Assembly: GCF_009914755.1 (NCBI RefSeq)
Contig: NC_060943.1
Source of the DNA: the human T2T-CHM13v2.0 reference genome, Homo sapiens
Length of the DNA stretch: 64,000 nt
Direction: 5' to 3' (one strand)
Shown: one piece after another, positions 40,483-52,928 of the stretch
Position numbering within the stretch: position 1 is the stretch's first letter
Layout of the letters: the number at the start of each line of letters is the position of its first letter
The notes under the pieces: generated by a model
Told to the model about the DNA's origin: nothing
The model's database searches: none
The model's input: the letters and a program-made list of their open reading frames with translations, nothing else
Translations under genes and position numbers: made by a program

Positions 40483-43400
40483 TGAGTTCAATGGTAGAAT
40501 AGGAAATATCTTCCTATAGAAACTACACAGAATGATTCCCAGAAACTGCTTTGTGATGTGTGCGTTCAACTCACAGAGTTCAACCTTTCTTTTCATAGAG
40601 CAGTTGGGAAACACTCTGTTTGTAAAGTCTGCAAGTGGATATTCAGTCTTCTTTGAGGCCTTCGTTGGAAGCGGGATTTCTTCATGTTCTGCTAGACAGA
40701 AGAATTCTCGGAAACTTCCTTGTGTTGTGTGTTTTCAACTCACAGAGTTGAACGATGCTTTACACAGAGCAGACTTGAAACACTCCTTTTGTGGAATTTG
40801 CAAGTGGAGATTTCAGCCGCTTTGAGGTCAATGGTAGAATAGGAAATATCTTCCTATAGAAAGTAGACAGAATGATTCTCAGAAACTCCTTTGTGATGTG
40901 TGCGTTCAACTCACAGAGTTTAACCTTTCTTTTCATAGAGCAGTTAGGAAACACTCTGTTTGTAAAGTCTGCAAGTGGATATCCAGACCTCCTTGAGGCC
41001 TTCGTTGGAAACGGGATTTCTTCATATTATGCTTGACAGAAGAATTCTCAGTAACTTCCTTGTGTTGTGTGTATTCAACTCACAGAGTTGAACGATCCTT
41101 TACACAGAGCAGACTTGAAACACTCTTTTTGTGGAATTTGCAAGTGGAGATTTCAGCCGCTGTGAGTTCAATGGTAGAATAGGAAATATCTTCCTATAGA
41201 AACTAGACAGAATGATTCTCAGAAACTCCTTTGTGATGTGTGCGTTCAACTCGCAGAGTTCAACCTTTCTTTTCATAGAGCAGTTGGGAAACACTCTGTT
41301 TGTAAAGTCTGCAAGTGGATATTCAGACTTCTTTGAGGCCTTCGTTGGAAGCGGGATTTCTTCATATTCTGCTAGACAGAAGAATTCTCAGTAACTGCCT
41401 TGTGTTGTGTGTATTCAACTCACAGAGTTGAACGATCCTTTACACAGAGCAGACTTGAAACACTCTTTTTGTGGAATTTGCAAGTGGAGATTTCAGCCGC
41501 TTTGAGGTCAATGGTAGAATAGGAAATATCTTCCTATAGAAAGTAGACAGAATGATTCTCAGAAACTCCTTTGTGATGTGTGCGTTCAACTCACAGAGTT
41601 TAACCTTTCTTTTCATAGAGCAGATAGGAAACACTCTGTTTGTAAAGTCTGCAAGTGGATATTCAGACCTCCTTGAGGCCTTCGTTGGAAACGGGATTTC
41701 TTCATATCATGCTAGACAGAAGAATTCTCAGTAACTTCCTTGTGTTGTGTGTATTCAACTCACAGAGTTGAACGATCCTTTACACAGAGCAGACTTGAAA
41801 CACTCTTTTTGTGGAATTTGTAAGTGGAGATTTCAGCCGCTTTGAGTTCAATGGTAGAATAGGAAATATCTTCCTATAGAAACTAGACAGAATGATTCTC
41901 AGAAACTCCTTTGTGATGTGTGCGTTCAACTCACAGAGTTCAACCTTTCTTTTCATAGAGCAGTTGGGAAACACTCTGTTTGTAAAGTCTGCAAGTGGAT
42001 ATTCAGACTTCTTTGAGGCCTTCGTTGGAAGCGGGATTTCTTCATATTCTGCTAGACAGAAGAATTCTCAGTAACTGCCTTGTGTTGTGTGTATTCAACT
42101 CACAGAGTTGAACGATCCTTTACACAGAGCAGACTTGAAACACTCTTTTTGTGGAATTTGCAAGTGGAGATTTCAGCCGCTTTGAGGTCAATGGTAGAAT
42201 AGGAAATATCTTCCTATAGAAACTAGACAGAATGATTCTCAGAAACTCCTTTGTGATGTGTGCGTTCAACTCACAGAGTTTAACCTTTCTTTTCATAGAG
42301 CAGTTAGGAAACACTCTGTTTGTAAAGTCTGCAAGTGGATATTCAGACATCCTTGAGGCTTTCGTTGGAAACGGGATTTCTTCATATTCTGCTAGAAAGA
42401 AGAATTCTCAGTAACTTCCTTGTGTTGTGTGTATTCAACTCACAGAGTTGAACGATCCTTTACACAGAGCAGACTTGAAACACTCTTTTTGTGGAATTTG
42501 CAAGTGGAGATTTCAGCCGCTTTGAGTTCAATGGTAGAATAGGAAATATCTTCCTATAGAAACTAGACAGAATGATTCTCAGAAACTCCTTTGTGATGTG
42601 TGCGTTCAACTCACAGAGTTTAATCTTTCTTTTCATAGAGCAGTTAGGAAACACTCTGTTTGTAAAGTCTGCAAGTGGATATCCAGACCTCCTTGAGGCC
42701 TTCGTTGGAAACGGGATTTCTTCATATTATGCTAGACAGAAGAATTCTCAGTAACTTCCTTGTGTTTTGTGTATTCAACTCACAGAGTTGAACGATCCTT
42801 TACACAGAGCAGACTTGAAACACTCTTTTTGTGGAATTTGCAAGTGGAGATTTCAGCCGCTGTGAGTTCAATGGTAGAATAGGAAATATCTTCCTATAGA
42901 AACTACACAGAATGATTCCCAGAAACTGCTTTGTGATGTGTGCGTTCAACTCACAGAGTTCAACCTTTCTTTTCATAGAGCAGTTGGGAAACACTCTGTT
43001 TGTAAAGTCTGCAAGTGGATATTCAGTCTTCTTTGAGGCCTTCGTTGGAAGCGGGATTTCTTCATGTTCTGCTAGACAGAAGAATTCTCGGAAACTTCCT
43101 TGTGTTGTGTGTTTTCAACTCACAGAGTTGAACGATGCTTTACACAGAGCAGACTTGAAACACTCCTTTTGTGGAATTTGCAAGTGGAGATTTCAGCCGC
43201 TTTGAGGTCAATGGTAGAATAGGAAATATCTTCCTATAGAAAGTAGACAGAATGATTCTCAGAAACTCCTTTGTGATGTGTGCGTTCAACTCACAGAGTT
43301 TAACCTTTCTTTTCATAGAGCAGTTAGGAAACACTCTGTTTGTAAAGTCTGCAAGTGGATATCCAGACCTCCTTGAGGCCTTCGTTGGAAACGGGATTTC

Positions 43401-45285
43401 TTCATATTATGCTTGACAGAAGAATTCTCAGTAACTTCCTTGTGTTGTGTGTATTCAACTCACAGAGTTGAACGATCCTTTACACAGAGCAGACTTGAAA
43501 CACTCTTTTTGTGGAATTTGCAAGTGGAGATTTCAGCCGCTGTGAGTTCAATGGTAGAATAGGAAATATCTTCCTATAGAAACTAGACAGAATGATTCTC
43601 AGAAACTCCTTTGTGATGTGTGCGTTCAACTCGCAGAGTTCAACCTTTCTTTTCATAGAGCAGTTGGGAAACACTCTGTTTGTAAAGTCTGCAAGTGGAT
43701 ATTCAGACTTCTTTGAGGCCTTCGTTGGAAGCGGGATTTCTTCATATTCTGCTAGACAGAAGAATTCTCAGTAACTGCCTTGTGTTGTGTGTATTCAACT
43801 CACAGAGTTGAACGATCCTTTACACAGAGCAGACTTGAAACACTCTTTTTGTGGAATTTGCAAGTGGAGATTTCAGCCGCTTTGAGGTCAATGGTAGAAT
43901 AGGAAATATCTTCCTATAGAAAGTAGACAGAATGATTCTCAGAAACTCCTTTGTGATGTGTGCGTTCAACTCACAGAGTTTAACCTTTCTTTTCATAGAG
44001 CAGATAGGAAACACTCTGTTTGTAAAGTCTGCAAGTGGATATTCAGACCTCCTTGAGGCCTTCGTTGGAAACGGGATTTCTTCATATCATGCTAGACAGA
44101 AGAATTCTCAGTAACTTCCTTGTGTTGTGTGTATTCAACTCACAGAGTTGAACGATCCTTTACACAGAGCAGACTTGAAACACTCTTTTTGTGGAATTTG
44201 TAAGTGGAGATTTCAGCCGCTTTGAGTTCAATGGTAGAATAGGAAATATCTTCCTATAGAAACTAGACAGAATGATTCTCAGAAACTCCTTTGTGATGTG
44301 TGCGTTCAACTCACAGAGTTCAACCTTTCTTTTCATAGAGCAGTTGGGAAACACTCTGTTTGTAAAGTCTGCAAGTGGATATTCAGACTTCTTTGAGGCC
44401 TTCGTTGGAAGCGGGATTTCTTCATATTCTGCTAGACAGAAGAATTCTCAGTAACTGCCTTGTGTTGTGTGTATTCAACTCACAGAGTTGAACGATCCTT
44501 TACACAGAGCAGACTTGAAACACTCTTTTTGTGGAATTTGCAAGTGGAGATTTCAGCCGCTTTGAGGTCAATGGTAGAATAGGAAATATCTTCCTATAGA
44601 AACTAGACAGAATGATTCTCAGAAACTCCTTTGTGATGTGTGCGTTCAACTCACAGAGTTTAACCTTTCTTTTCATAGAGCAGTTAGGAAACACTCTGTT
44701 TGTAAAGTCTGCAAGTGGATATTCAGACATCCTTGAGGCTTTCGTTGGAAACGGGATTTCTTCATATTCTGCTAGAAAGAAGAATTCTCAGTAACTTCCT
44801 TGTGTTGTGTGTATTCAACTCACAGAGTTGAACGATCCTTTACACAGAGCAGACTTGAAACACTCTTTTTGTGGAATTTGCAAGTGGAGATTTCAGCCGC
44901 TTTGAGTTCAATGGTAGAATAGGAAATATCTTCCTATAGAAACTAGACAGAATGATTCTCAGAAACTCCTTTGTGATGTGTGCGTTCAACTCACAGAGTT
45001 TAATCTTTCTTTTCATAGAGCAGTTAGGAAACACTCTGTTTGTAAAGTCTGCAAGTGGATATCCAGACCTCCTTGAGGCCTTCGTTGGAAACGGGATTTC
45101 TTCATATTATGCTAGACAGAAGAATTCTCAGTAACTTCCTTGTGTTTTGTGTATTCAACTCACAGAGTTGAACGATCCTTTACACAGAGCAGACTTGAAA
45201 CACTCTTTTTGTGGAATTTGCAAGTGGAGATTTCAGCCGCTGTGAGTTCAATGGTAGAATAGGAAATATCTTCCTATAGAAACTA
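40483..45285 (+). repeat. Tandem duplication of a 7-dimer unit (2,380 bp)
   Basis: GATTCCC, CAGTCTT, TTCTCGG, GCTTGAC, CTCGCAG, CAGATAGG, TATCATG, TTGTAAG, TAATCT and GTTTTGT all recur at offset 2,380 (e.g. 40710/43090, 41253/43633, 41821/44201). Confidence 0.93.
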
Positions 45286-48200
45286 GACAGAATGATTCTC
45301 AGAAACTCCTTTGTGATGTGTGCGTTCAACTCACAGAGTTCAACCTTTCTTTTCATAGAGCAGTTGGGAAACACTCTGTTTGTAAAGTCTGCAAGTGGAT
45401 ATTCAGACTTCTTTGAGGCCTTCGTTGGAAGCGGGATTTCTTCATATTCTGCTAGACAGAAGAATTCTCAGTAACTGCCTTGTGTTGTGTGTATTCAACT
45501 CACAGAGTTGAACGATCCTTTACACAGAGCAGACTTGAAACACTCTTTTTGTGGAATTTGCAAGTGGAGATTTCAGCCGCTTTGAGGTCAATGGTAGAAT
45601 AGGAAATATCTTCCTATAGAAACTAGACAGAATGATTCTCAGAAACTCCTTTGTGATGTGTGCGTTCAACTCACAGAGTTTAACCTTTCTTTTCATAGAG
45701 CAGTTAGGAAACACTCTGTTTGTAAAGTCTGCAAGTGGATATTCAGACCTCCTTGAGGCCTTCGTTGGAAACGGGATTTCTTCATATTATGCTAGACAGA
45801 AGAATTCTCAGTAACTTCCTTGTGTTGTGTGTATTCAACTCACAGAGTTGAACGATCCTTTACACAGAGCAGACTTGAAACACTCTTTTTGTGGAATTTG
45901 CAAGTGGAGATTTCAGCCGCTTTGAGGTCAATGGTAGAATAGGAAATATCTTCCTATAGAAACTAGACAGAATGATTCTCAGAAACTCCTTTGTGATGTG
46001 TGCGTTCAACTCACAGAGTTCAACCTTTCTTTTCATAGAGCAGTTGGGAAACACTCTGTTTGTAAAGTCTGCAAGTGGATATTCAGACTTCTTTGAGGCC
46101 TTCGTTGGAAGCGGGATTTCTTCATATTCTGCTAGACAGAAGAATTCTCAGTAACTGCCTTGTGTTGTGTGTATTCAACTCACAGAGTTGAACGATCCTT
46201 TACACAGAGCAGACTTGAAACACTCTTTTTGTGGAATTTGCAAGTGGAGATTTCAGCCGCTTTGAGGTCAATGGTAGAATAGGAAATATCTTCCTATAGA
46301 AACTAGACAGAATGATTCTCAGAAACTCCTTTGTGATGTGTGCGTTCAACTCACAGAGTTTAACCTTTCTTTTCATAGAGCAGTTAGGAAACACTCTGTT
46401 TGTAAAGTCTGCAAGTGGATATTCAGACATCCTTAAGGCTTTCGTTGGAAACGGGATTTCTTCATATTCTGCTAGAAAGAAGAATTCTCAGTAACTTCCT
46501 TGTGTTGTGTGTATTCAACTCACAGAGTTGAACGATCCTTTACACAGAGCAGACTTGAAACACTCTTTTTGTGGAATTTGCAAGTGGAGATTTCAGCCGC
46601 TTTGAGTTCAATGGTAGAATAGGAAATATCTTCCTATAGAAACTAGACAGAATGATTCTCAGAAACTCCTTTGTGATGTGTGCGTTCAACTCACAGAGTT
46701 TAACCTTTCTTTTCATAGAGCAGTTGGGAAACACTCTGTTTGTAAAGTCTGCAAGTAGATATTCAGACATCCTTGAGGCTTTCGTTGGAAACGGGATTTC
46801 TTCATATTCTGCTAGAAAGAAGAATTCTCAGTAACTTCCTTGTGTTGTGTGTATTCAACTCACAGAGTTGAACGATCCTTTACACAGAGCAGACTTGAAA
46901 CACTCTTTTTGTGGAATTTGCAAGTGGAGATTTCAGCCGCTTTGAGGTCAATGGTAGAATAGGAAATATCTTCCTATAGAAAGTAGACAGAATGATTCTC
47001 AGAAACTCCTTTGTGATGTGTGCGTTCAACTCACAGAGTTTAACCTTTCTTTTCATAGAGCAGTTAGGAAACACTCTGTTTGTAAAGTCTGCAAGTGGAT
47101 ATTCAGACCTCCTTGAGGCCTTCGTTGGAAGCGGGATTTCTTCATGTTCTGCTAGACAGAAGAATTCTCAGAAACTTCCTTGTGTTGTGTGTTTTCAACT
47201 CACAGAGTTGAACGATCCTTTACACAGAGCAGACTTGAAACACTCCTTTTGTGGAATTTGCAAGTGGAGATTTCAGCCGCTTTGAGGTCAATGGTAGAAC
47301 AGGAAATATCTTCCTATAGAAACTAGACAGAATGATTCTGAGAAATCCTTTGTGATGTGTGCGTTCAACTCACAGAGTTTAACCTTTCTTTTCATAGAGC
47401 AGTTAGGAAACACTCTGTTTGTAAAGTCTGCAAGTGGATATTCAGACCTCCTTGAGGCCTTCGTTGGAAACGGGATTTCTTCATATTATGCTAGAAAGAG
47501 GAATTCTCAGGAACTTCCTTGTGTTGTGTGTATTCAACTCACAGAGTTGAACGATCCTTTACACAGAGCAGACTTGAAACACTCTTTTTGTGGAATTTGC
47601 AAGTGGAGATTTCAGCCGCTTTGAGTTCAATGGTAGAATAGGAAATATCTTCCTATAGAAACTACACAGAATGATTCTCAGAAACTGCTTTGTGATGTGT
47701 GCGTTCAACTCACAGAGTTCAACCTTTCTTTTCATAGAGCAGTTGGGAAACACTCTGTTTGTAAAGTCTGCAAGTGGATATTCAGACTTCTTTGAGGCCT
47801 TCGTTGGAAGCGGGATTTCTTCATATTCTGCTAGACAGAAGAATTCTCAGTAACTTCCTTGTGTTGTGTGTATTCAACTCACAGAGTTGAACGATCCTTT
47901 ACACAGAGCAGACTTGAAACACTCTTTTTGTGGAATTTGCAAGTGGAGATTTCAGCCGCTTTGAGGTCAATGGTAGAATAGGAAATATCTTCCTTTAGAA
48001 ACTAGACAGAATGATTCTCAGAAACTCCTTTGTGATGTGTGCGTTCAACTCACAGAATTCAACCTTTCTTTTCATAGAGCAGTTGGGAAACACTCTGTTT
48101 GTAAAGTCTGCAAGTGGATATTCAGACTTCTTTGAGGCCTTCGTTGGAAGCGGGATTTCTTCATGTTCTGCTAGACAGAAGAATTCTCAGAAACTTCCTT

Positions 48201-48478
48201 GTGTTGTGTGTTTTCAACTCACAGAGTTGAACGATCCTTTACACAGAGCAGACTTGAAACACTCCTTTTGTGGAATTTGCAAGTGGAGATTTCAGCCGCT
48301 TTGAGGTCAATGGTAGAATAGGAAATATCTTCCTATAGAAAGTAGACAGAATGATTCTCAGAAACTCCTTTGTGATGTGTGCGTTCAACTCACAGAGTTT
48401 AACCTTTCTTTTCATAGAGCAGTTAGGAAACACTCTGTTTGTAAAGTCTGCAAGTGGATATTCAGACCTCCTTGAGGC

Positions 48479-48495
48479 CTTCGTTGGAAACAGGA
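48479..48495 (+). promoter_or_regulatory. Disrupted CENP-B box (CGGG->CAGG); same allele at 57318-57334
   Basis: CTTCGTTGGAAACAGGA: the essential G at position 14 is replaced by A (CpG transition), and the allele was copied by the 8,839-bp duplication. Confidence 0.9.
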
Positions 48496-50208
48496 TTTCT
48501 TCATATTCTGCTAGACAGAAGAATTCTCAGTAACTTCCTTGTGTTGTGTGGATTCAACTCACAGAGTTGAACGATCCTTTACACAGAGCAGACTTGAAAC
48601 ACTCTTTTTGTGGAATTTGCAAGTGGAGATTTCAGCCGCTTTGGGTTCAATGGTAGAATAGGAAATATCTTCCTATAGAAACTAGACAGAATGATTCTCA
48701 GAAACTCCTTTGTGATGTGTGCGTTCAACTCACAGAGTTCAACCTTTCTTTTCATAGAGCAGTTGGGAAACACTCTGTTTGTAAAGTCTGCAAGTGGATA
48801 TTCAGACTTCTTTGAGGCCTTCGTTGGAAGCGGGATTTCTTCATATTCTGCTAGACAGAAGAATTCTCAGTAACTGCCTTGTGTTGTGTGTATTCAACTC
48901 ACAGAGTTGAACGATCCTTTACACAGAGCAGACTTGAAACACTCTTTTTGTGGAATTTGCAAGTGGAGATTTCAGCCGCTTTGAGGTCAATGGTAGAATA
49001 GGAAATATCTTCCTATAGAAACAAGACAGAATGATTCTCAGAAACTCCTTTGTGATGTGTGCGTTCAACTCACAGAGTTCAACCTTTCTTTTCATAGAGC
49101 AGTTGGGAAACACTCTGTTTGTAAAGTCTGCAAGTGGATATTCAGACTTCTTTGAGGCCTTCGTTGGAAGCGGGATTTCTTCATATTCTGCTAGACAGAA
49201 GAATTCTCAGTAACTGCCTTGTGTTGTGTGTATTCAACTCACAGAGTTGAACGATCCTTTACACAGAGCAGACTTGAAACACTCTTTTTGTGGAATTTGC
49301 AAGTGGAGATTTCAGCCGCTTTGAGGTCAATGGTAGAATAGGAAATATCTTCCTATAGAAACTAGACAGAATGATTCTCAGAAACTCCTTTGTGATGTGT
49401 GCGTTCAACTCACAGAGTTTAACCTTTCTTTTCATAGAGCAGTTGGGAAACACTCTGTTTGTAAAGTCTGCAAGTGGATATTCAGACATCCTTGAGGCTT
49501 TCGTTGGAAACGGGATTTCTTCATATTCTGCTAGACAGAAGAATTCTCAGTAACTTCCTTGTGTTGTGTGTATTCAACTCACAGAGTTGAACGATCCTTT
49601 ACACAGAGCAGACTTGAAACACTCTTTTTGTGGAATTTGCAAGTGGAGATTTCAGCCGCTTTGAGGTCAATGGTAGAATAGGAAATATCTTCCTATAGAA
49701 ACTAGACAGAATGATTCTCAGAAACTCCTTTGTGATGTGTGCGTTCAACTCACAGAGTTTAACCTTTCTTTTCATAGAGCAGTTGGGAAACACTCTGTTT
49801 GTAAAGTCTGCAAGTGGATATTCAGACATCCTTGAGGCTTTCGTTGGAAAAGGGATTTCTTCATATTCTGCTAGAAAGAAGAATTCTCAGTAACTTCCTT
49901 GTGTTGTGTGTATTCAACTCACAGAGTTGAACGATCCTTTACACAGAGCAGACTTGAAACACTCTTTTTGTGGAATTTGCAAGTGGAGATTTCAGCCGCT
50001 TTGAGGTCAATGGTAGAATAGGAAATATCTTCCTATAGAAACTAGACAGAATGATTCTCAGAAACTCCTTTGTGATGTGTGCGTTCAACTCACAGAGTTT
50101 AACCTTTCTTTTCATAGAGCAGTTAGGAAACACTCTGTTTGTAAAGTCTGCAAGTGGATATTCAGACCTCCTTGAGGCCTTCGTTGGAAACGGGATTTCT
50201 TCATATTA

Positions 50209-52928
50209 TGCTAGACAGAAGAATTCTCAGTAACTTCCTTGTGTTGTGTGTATTCAACTCACAGAGTTGAACGATCCTTTACACAGAGCAGACTTGAAAC
50301 ACTCTTTTTGTGGAATTTGCAAGTGGAGATTTCAGCCGCTTTGAGTTCAATGGTAGAATAGGAAATATCTTCCTATAGAAACTAGACAGAATGATTCTCA
50401 GAAACTCCTTTGTGATGTGTGCGTTCAACTCAGAGAGTTCAACCTTTCTTTTCATAGAGCAGTTGGGAAACACTCTGTTTGTAAAGTCTGCAAGTGGATA
50501 TTCAGACTTCTTTGAGGCCTTCGTTGGAAGCGGGATTTCTTCATGTTCTGCTAGACAGAAGAATTCTCAGAAACTTCCTTGTGTTGTGTGTTTTCAACTC
50601 ACAGAGTTGAACGATCCTTTACACAGAGCAGACTTGAAACACTCCTTTTGTGGAATTTGCAAGTGGAGATTTCAGCCGCTTTGAGGTCAATGGTAGAATA
50701 GGAAATATCTTCCTATAGAAAGTAGACAGAATGATTCTCAGAAACTCCTTTGTGATGTGTGCGTTCAACTCACAGAGTTTAACCTTTCTTTTCATAGAGC
50801 AGTTAGGAAACACTCTGTTTGTAAAGTCTGCAAGTGGATATTCAGACCTCCTTGAGGCCTTCGTTGGAAACGGGATTTCTTCATATTTTGCTAGACAGAA
50901 GAATTCTCAGTAACTTCCTTGTGTTGTGTGTATTCAACTCACAGAGTTGAACGATCCTTTACACAGAGAAGACTTGAAACACTCTTTTTGTGGAATTTGC
51001 AAGTGGAGATTTCAGCCGCTGTGAGTTCAATGGTAGAATAGGAAATATCTTCCTATAGAAACTAGACAGAATGATTCTCAGAAACTCCTTTGTGATGTGT
51101 GCGTTCAACTCACAGAGTTCAACCTTTCTTTTCATAGAGCAGTTGGGAAACACTCTGTTTGTAAAGTCTGCAAGTGGATATTCAGACCTCCTTGAGGCCT
51201 TCGTTGGAAACGGGATTTCTTCATATTCTGCTAGACAGAAGAATTCGCAGTAACTTCCTTGTGTTGTGTGTATTCAACTCACAGAGTTGAACGATCCTTT
51301 ACACAGAGCAGACTTGAAACACTCTTTTTGTGGAATTTGCAAGTGGAGATTTCAGCCGCTTTGAGTTCAATGGTAGAATAGGAAATATCTTCCTATAGAA
51401 ACTAGACAGAATGATTCTCAGAAACTCCTTTGTGATGTGTGCGTTCAACTCACAGAGTTCAACCTTTCTTTTCATAGAGCAGTTGGGAAACACTCTGTTT
51501 GTAAAGTCTGCAAGTGGATATTCAGACTTCTTTGAGGCCTTCGTTGGAAGCGGGATTTCTTCATATTCTGCTAGACAGAAGAATTCTCAGTAACTTCCTT
51601 GTGTTGTGTGTATTCAACTCACAGAGTTGAACGATCCTTTACACAGAGCAGACTTGAAACACTCTTTTTGTGGAATTTGCAAGTGGAGATTTCAGCCGCT
51701 TTGAGTTCAATGGTAGAATAGGAAATATCTTCCTATAGAAACTAGACAGAATGATTCTCAGAAACTCCTTTGTGATGTGTGCGTTCAACTCAGAGAGTTC
51801 AACCTTTCTTTTCATAGAGCAGTTGGGAAACACTCTGTTTGTAAAGTCTGCAAGTGGATATTCAGACTTCTTTGAGGCCTTCGTTGGAAGCGGGATTTCT
51901 TCATGTTCTGCTAGACAGAAGAATTCTCAGAAACTTCCTTGTGTTGTGTGTTTTCAACTCACAGAGTTGAACGATCCTTTACACAGAGCAGACTTGAAAC
52001 ACTCCTTTTGTGGAATTTGCAAGTGGAGATTTCAGCCGCTTTGAGGTCAATGGTAGAATAGGAAATATCTTCCTATAGAAAGTAGACAGAATGATTCTCA
52101 GAAACTCCTTTGTGATGTGTGCGTTCAACTCACAGAGTTTAACCTTTCTTTTCATAGAGCAGTTAGGAAACACTCTGTTTGTAAAGTCTGCAAGTGGATA
52201 TTCAGACCTCCTTGAGGCCTTCGTTGGAAACGGGATTTCTTCATATTTTGCTAGACAGAAGAATTCTCAGTAACTTCCTTGTGTTGTGTGTATTCAACTC
52301 ACAGAGTTGAACGATCCTTTACACAGAGAAGACTTGAAACACTCTTTTTGTGGAATTTGCAAGTGGAGATTTCAGCCGCTGTGAGTTCAATGGTAGAATA
52401 GGAAATATCTTCCTATAGAAACTAGACAGAATGATTCTCAGAAACTCCTTTGTGATGTGTGCGTTCAACTCACAGAGTTCAACCTTTCTTTTCATAGAGC
52501 AGTTGGGAAACACTCTGTTTGTAAAGTCTGCAAGTGGATATTCAGACCTCCTTGAGGCCTTCGTTGGAAACGGGATTTCTTCATATTCTGCTAGACAGAA
52601 GAATTCGCAGTAACTTCCTTGTGTTGTGTGTATTCAACTCACAGAGTTGAACGATCCTTTACACAGAGCAGACTTGAAACACTCTTTTTGTGGAATTTGC
52701 AAGTGGAGATTTCAGCCGCTTTGAGTTCAATGGTAGAATAGGAAATATCTTCCTATAGAAACTAGACAGAATGATTCTCAGAAACTCCTTTGTGATGTGT
52801 GCGTTCAACTCACAGAGTTCAACCTTTCTTTTCATAGAGCAGTTGGGAAACACTCTGTTTGTAAAGTCTGCAAGTGGATATTCAGACTTCTTTGAGGCCT
52901 TCGTTGGAAGCGGGATTTCTTCATATTC
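50209..52928 (+). repeat. Nested tandem duplication of a 4-dimer unit (1,360 bp), repeated at about 59048-61767
   Basis: CAGAGAGTTC, TATTTTG, AGAGAAGAC and GAATTCGCAG recur at offset 1,360 (e.g. 51247/52607 and 60086/61446). Confidence 0.92.
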
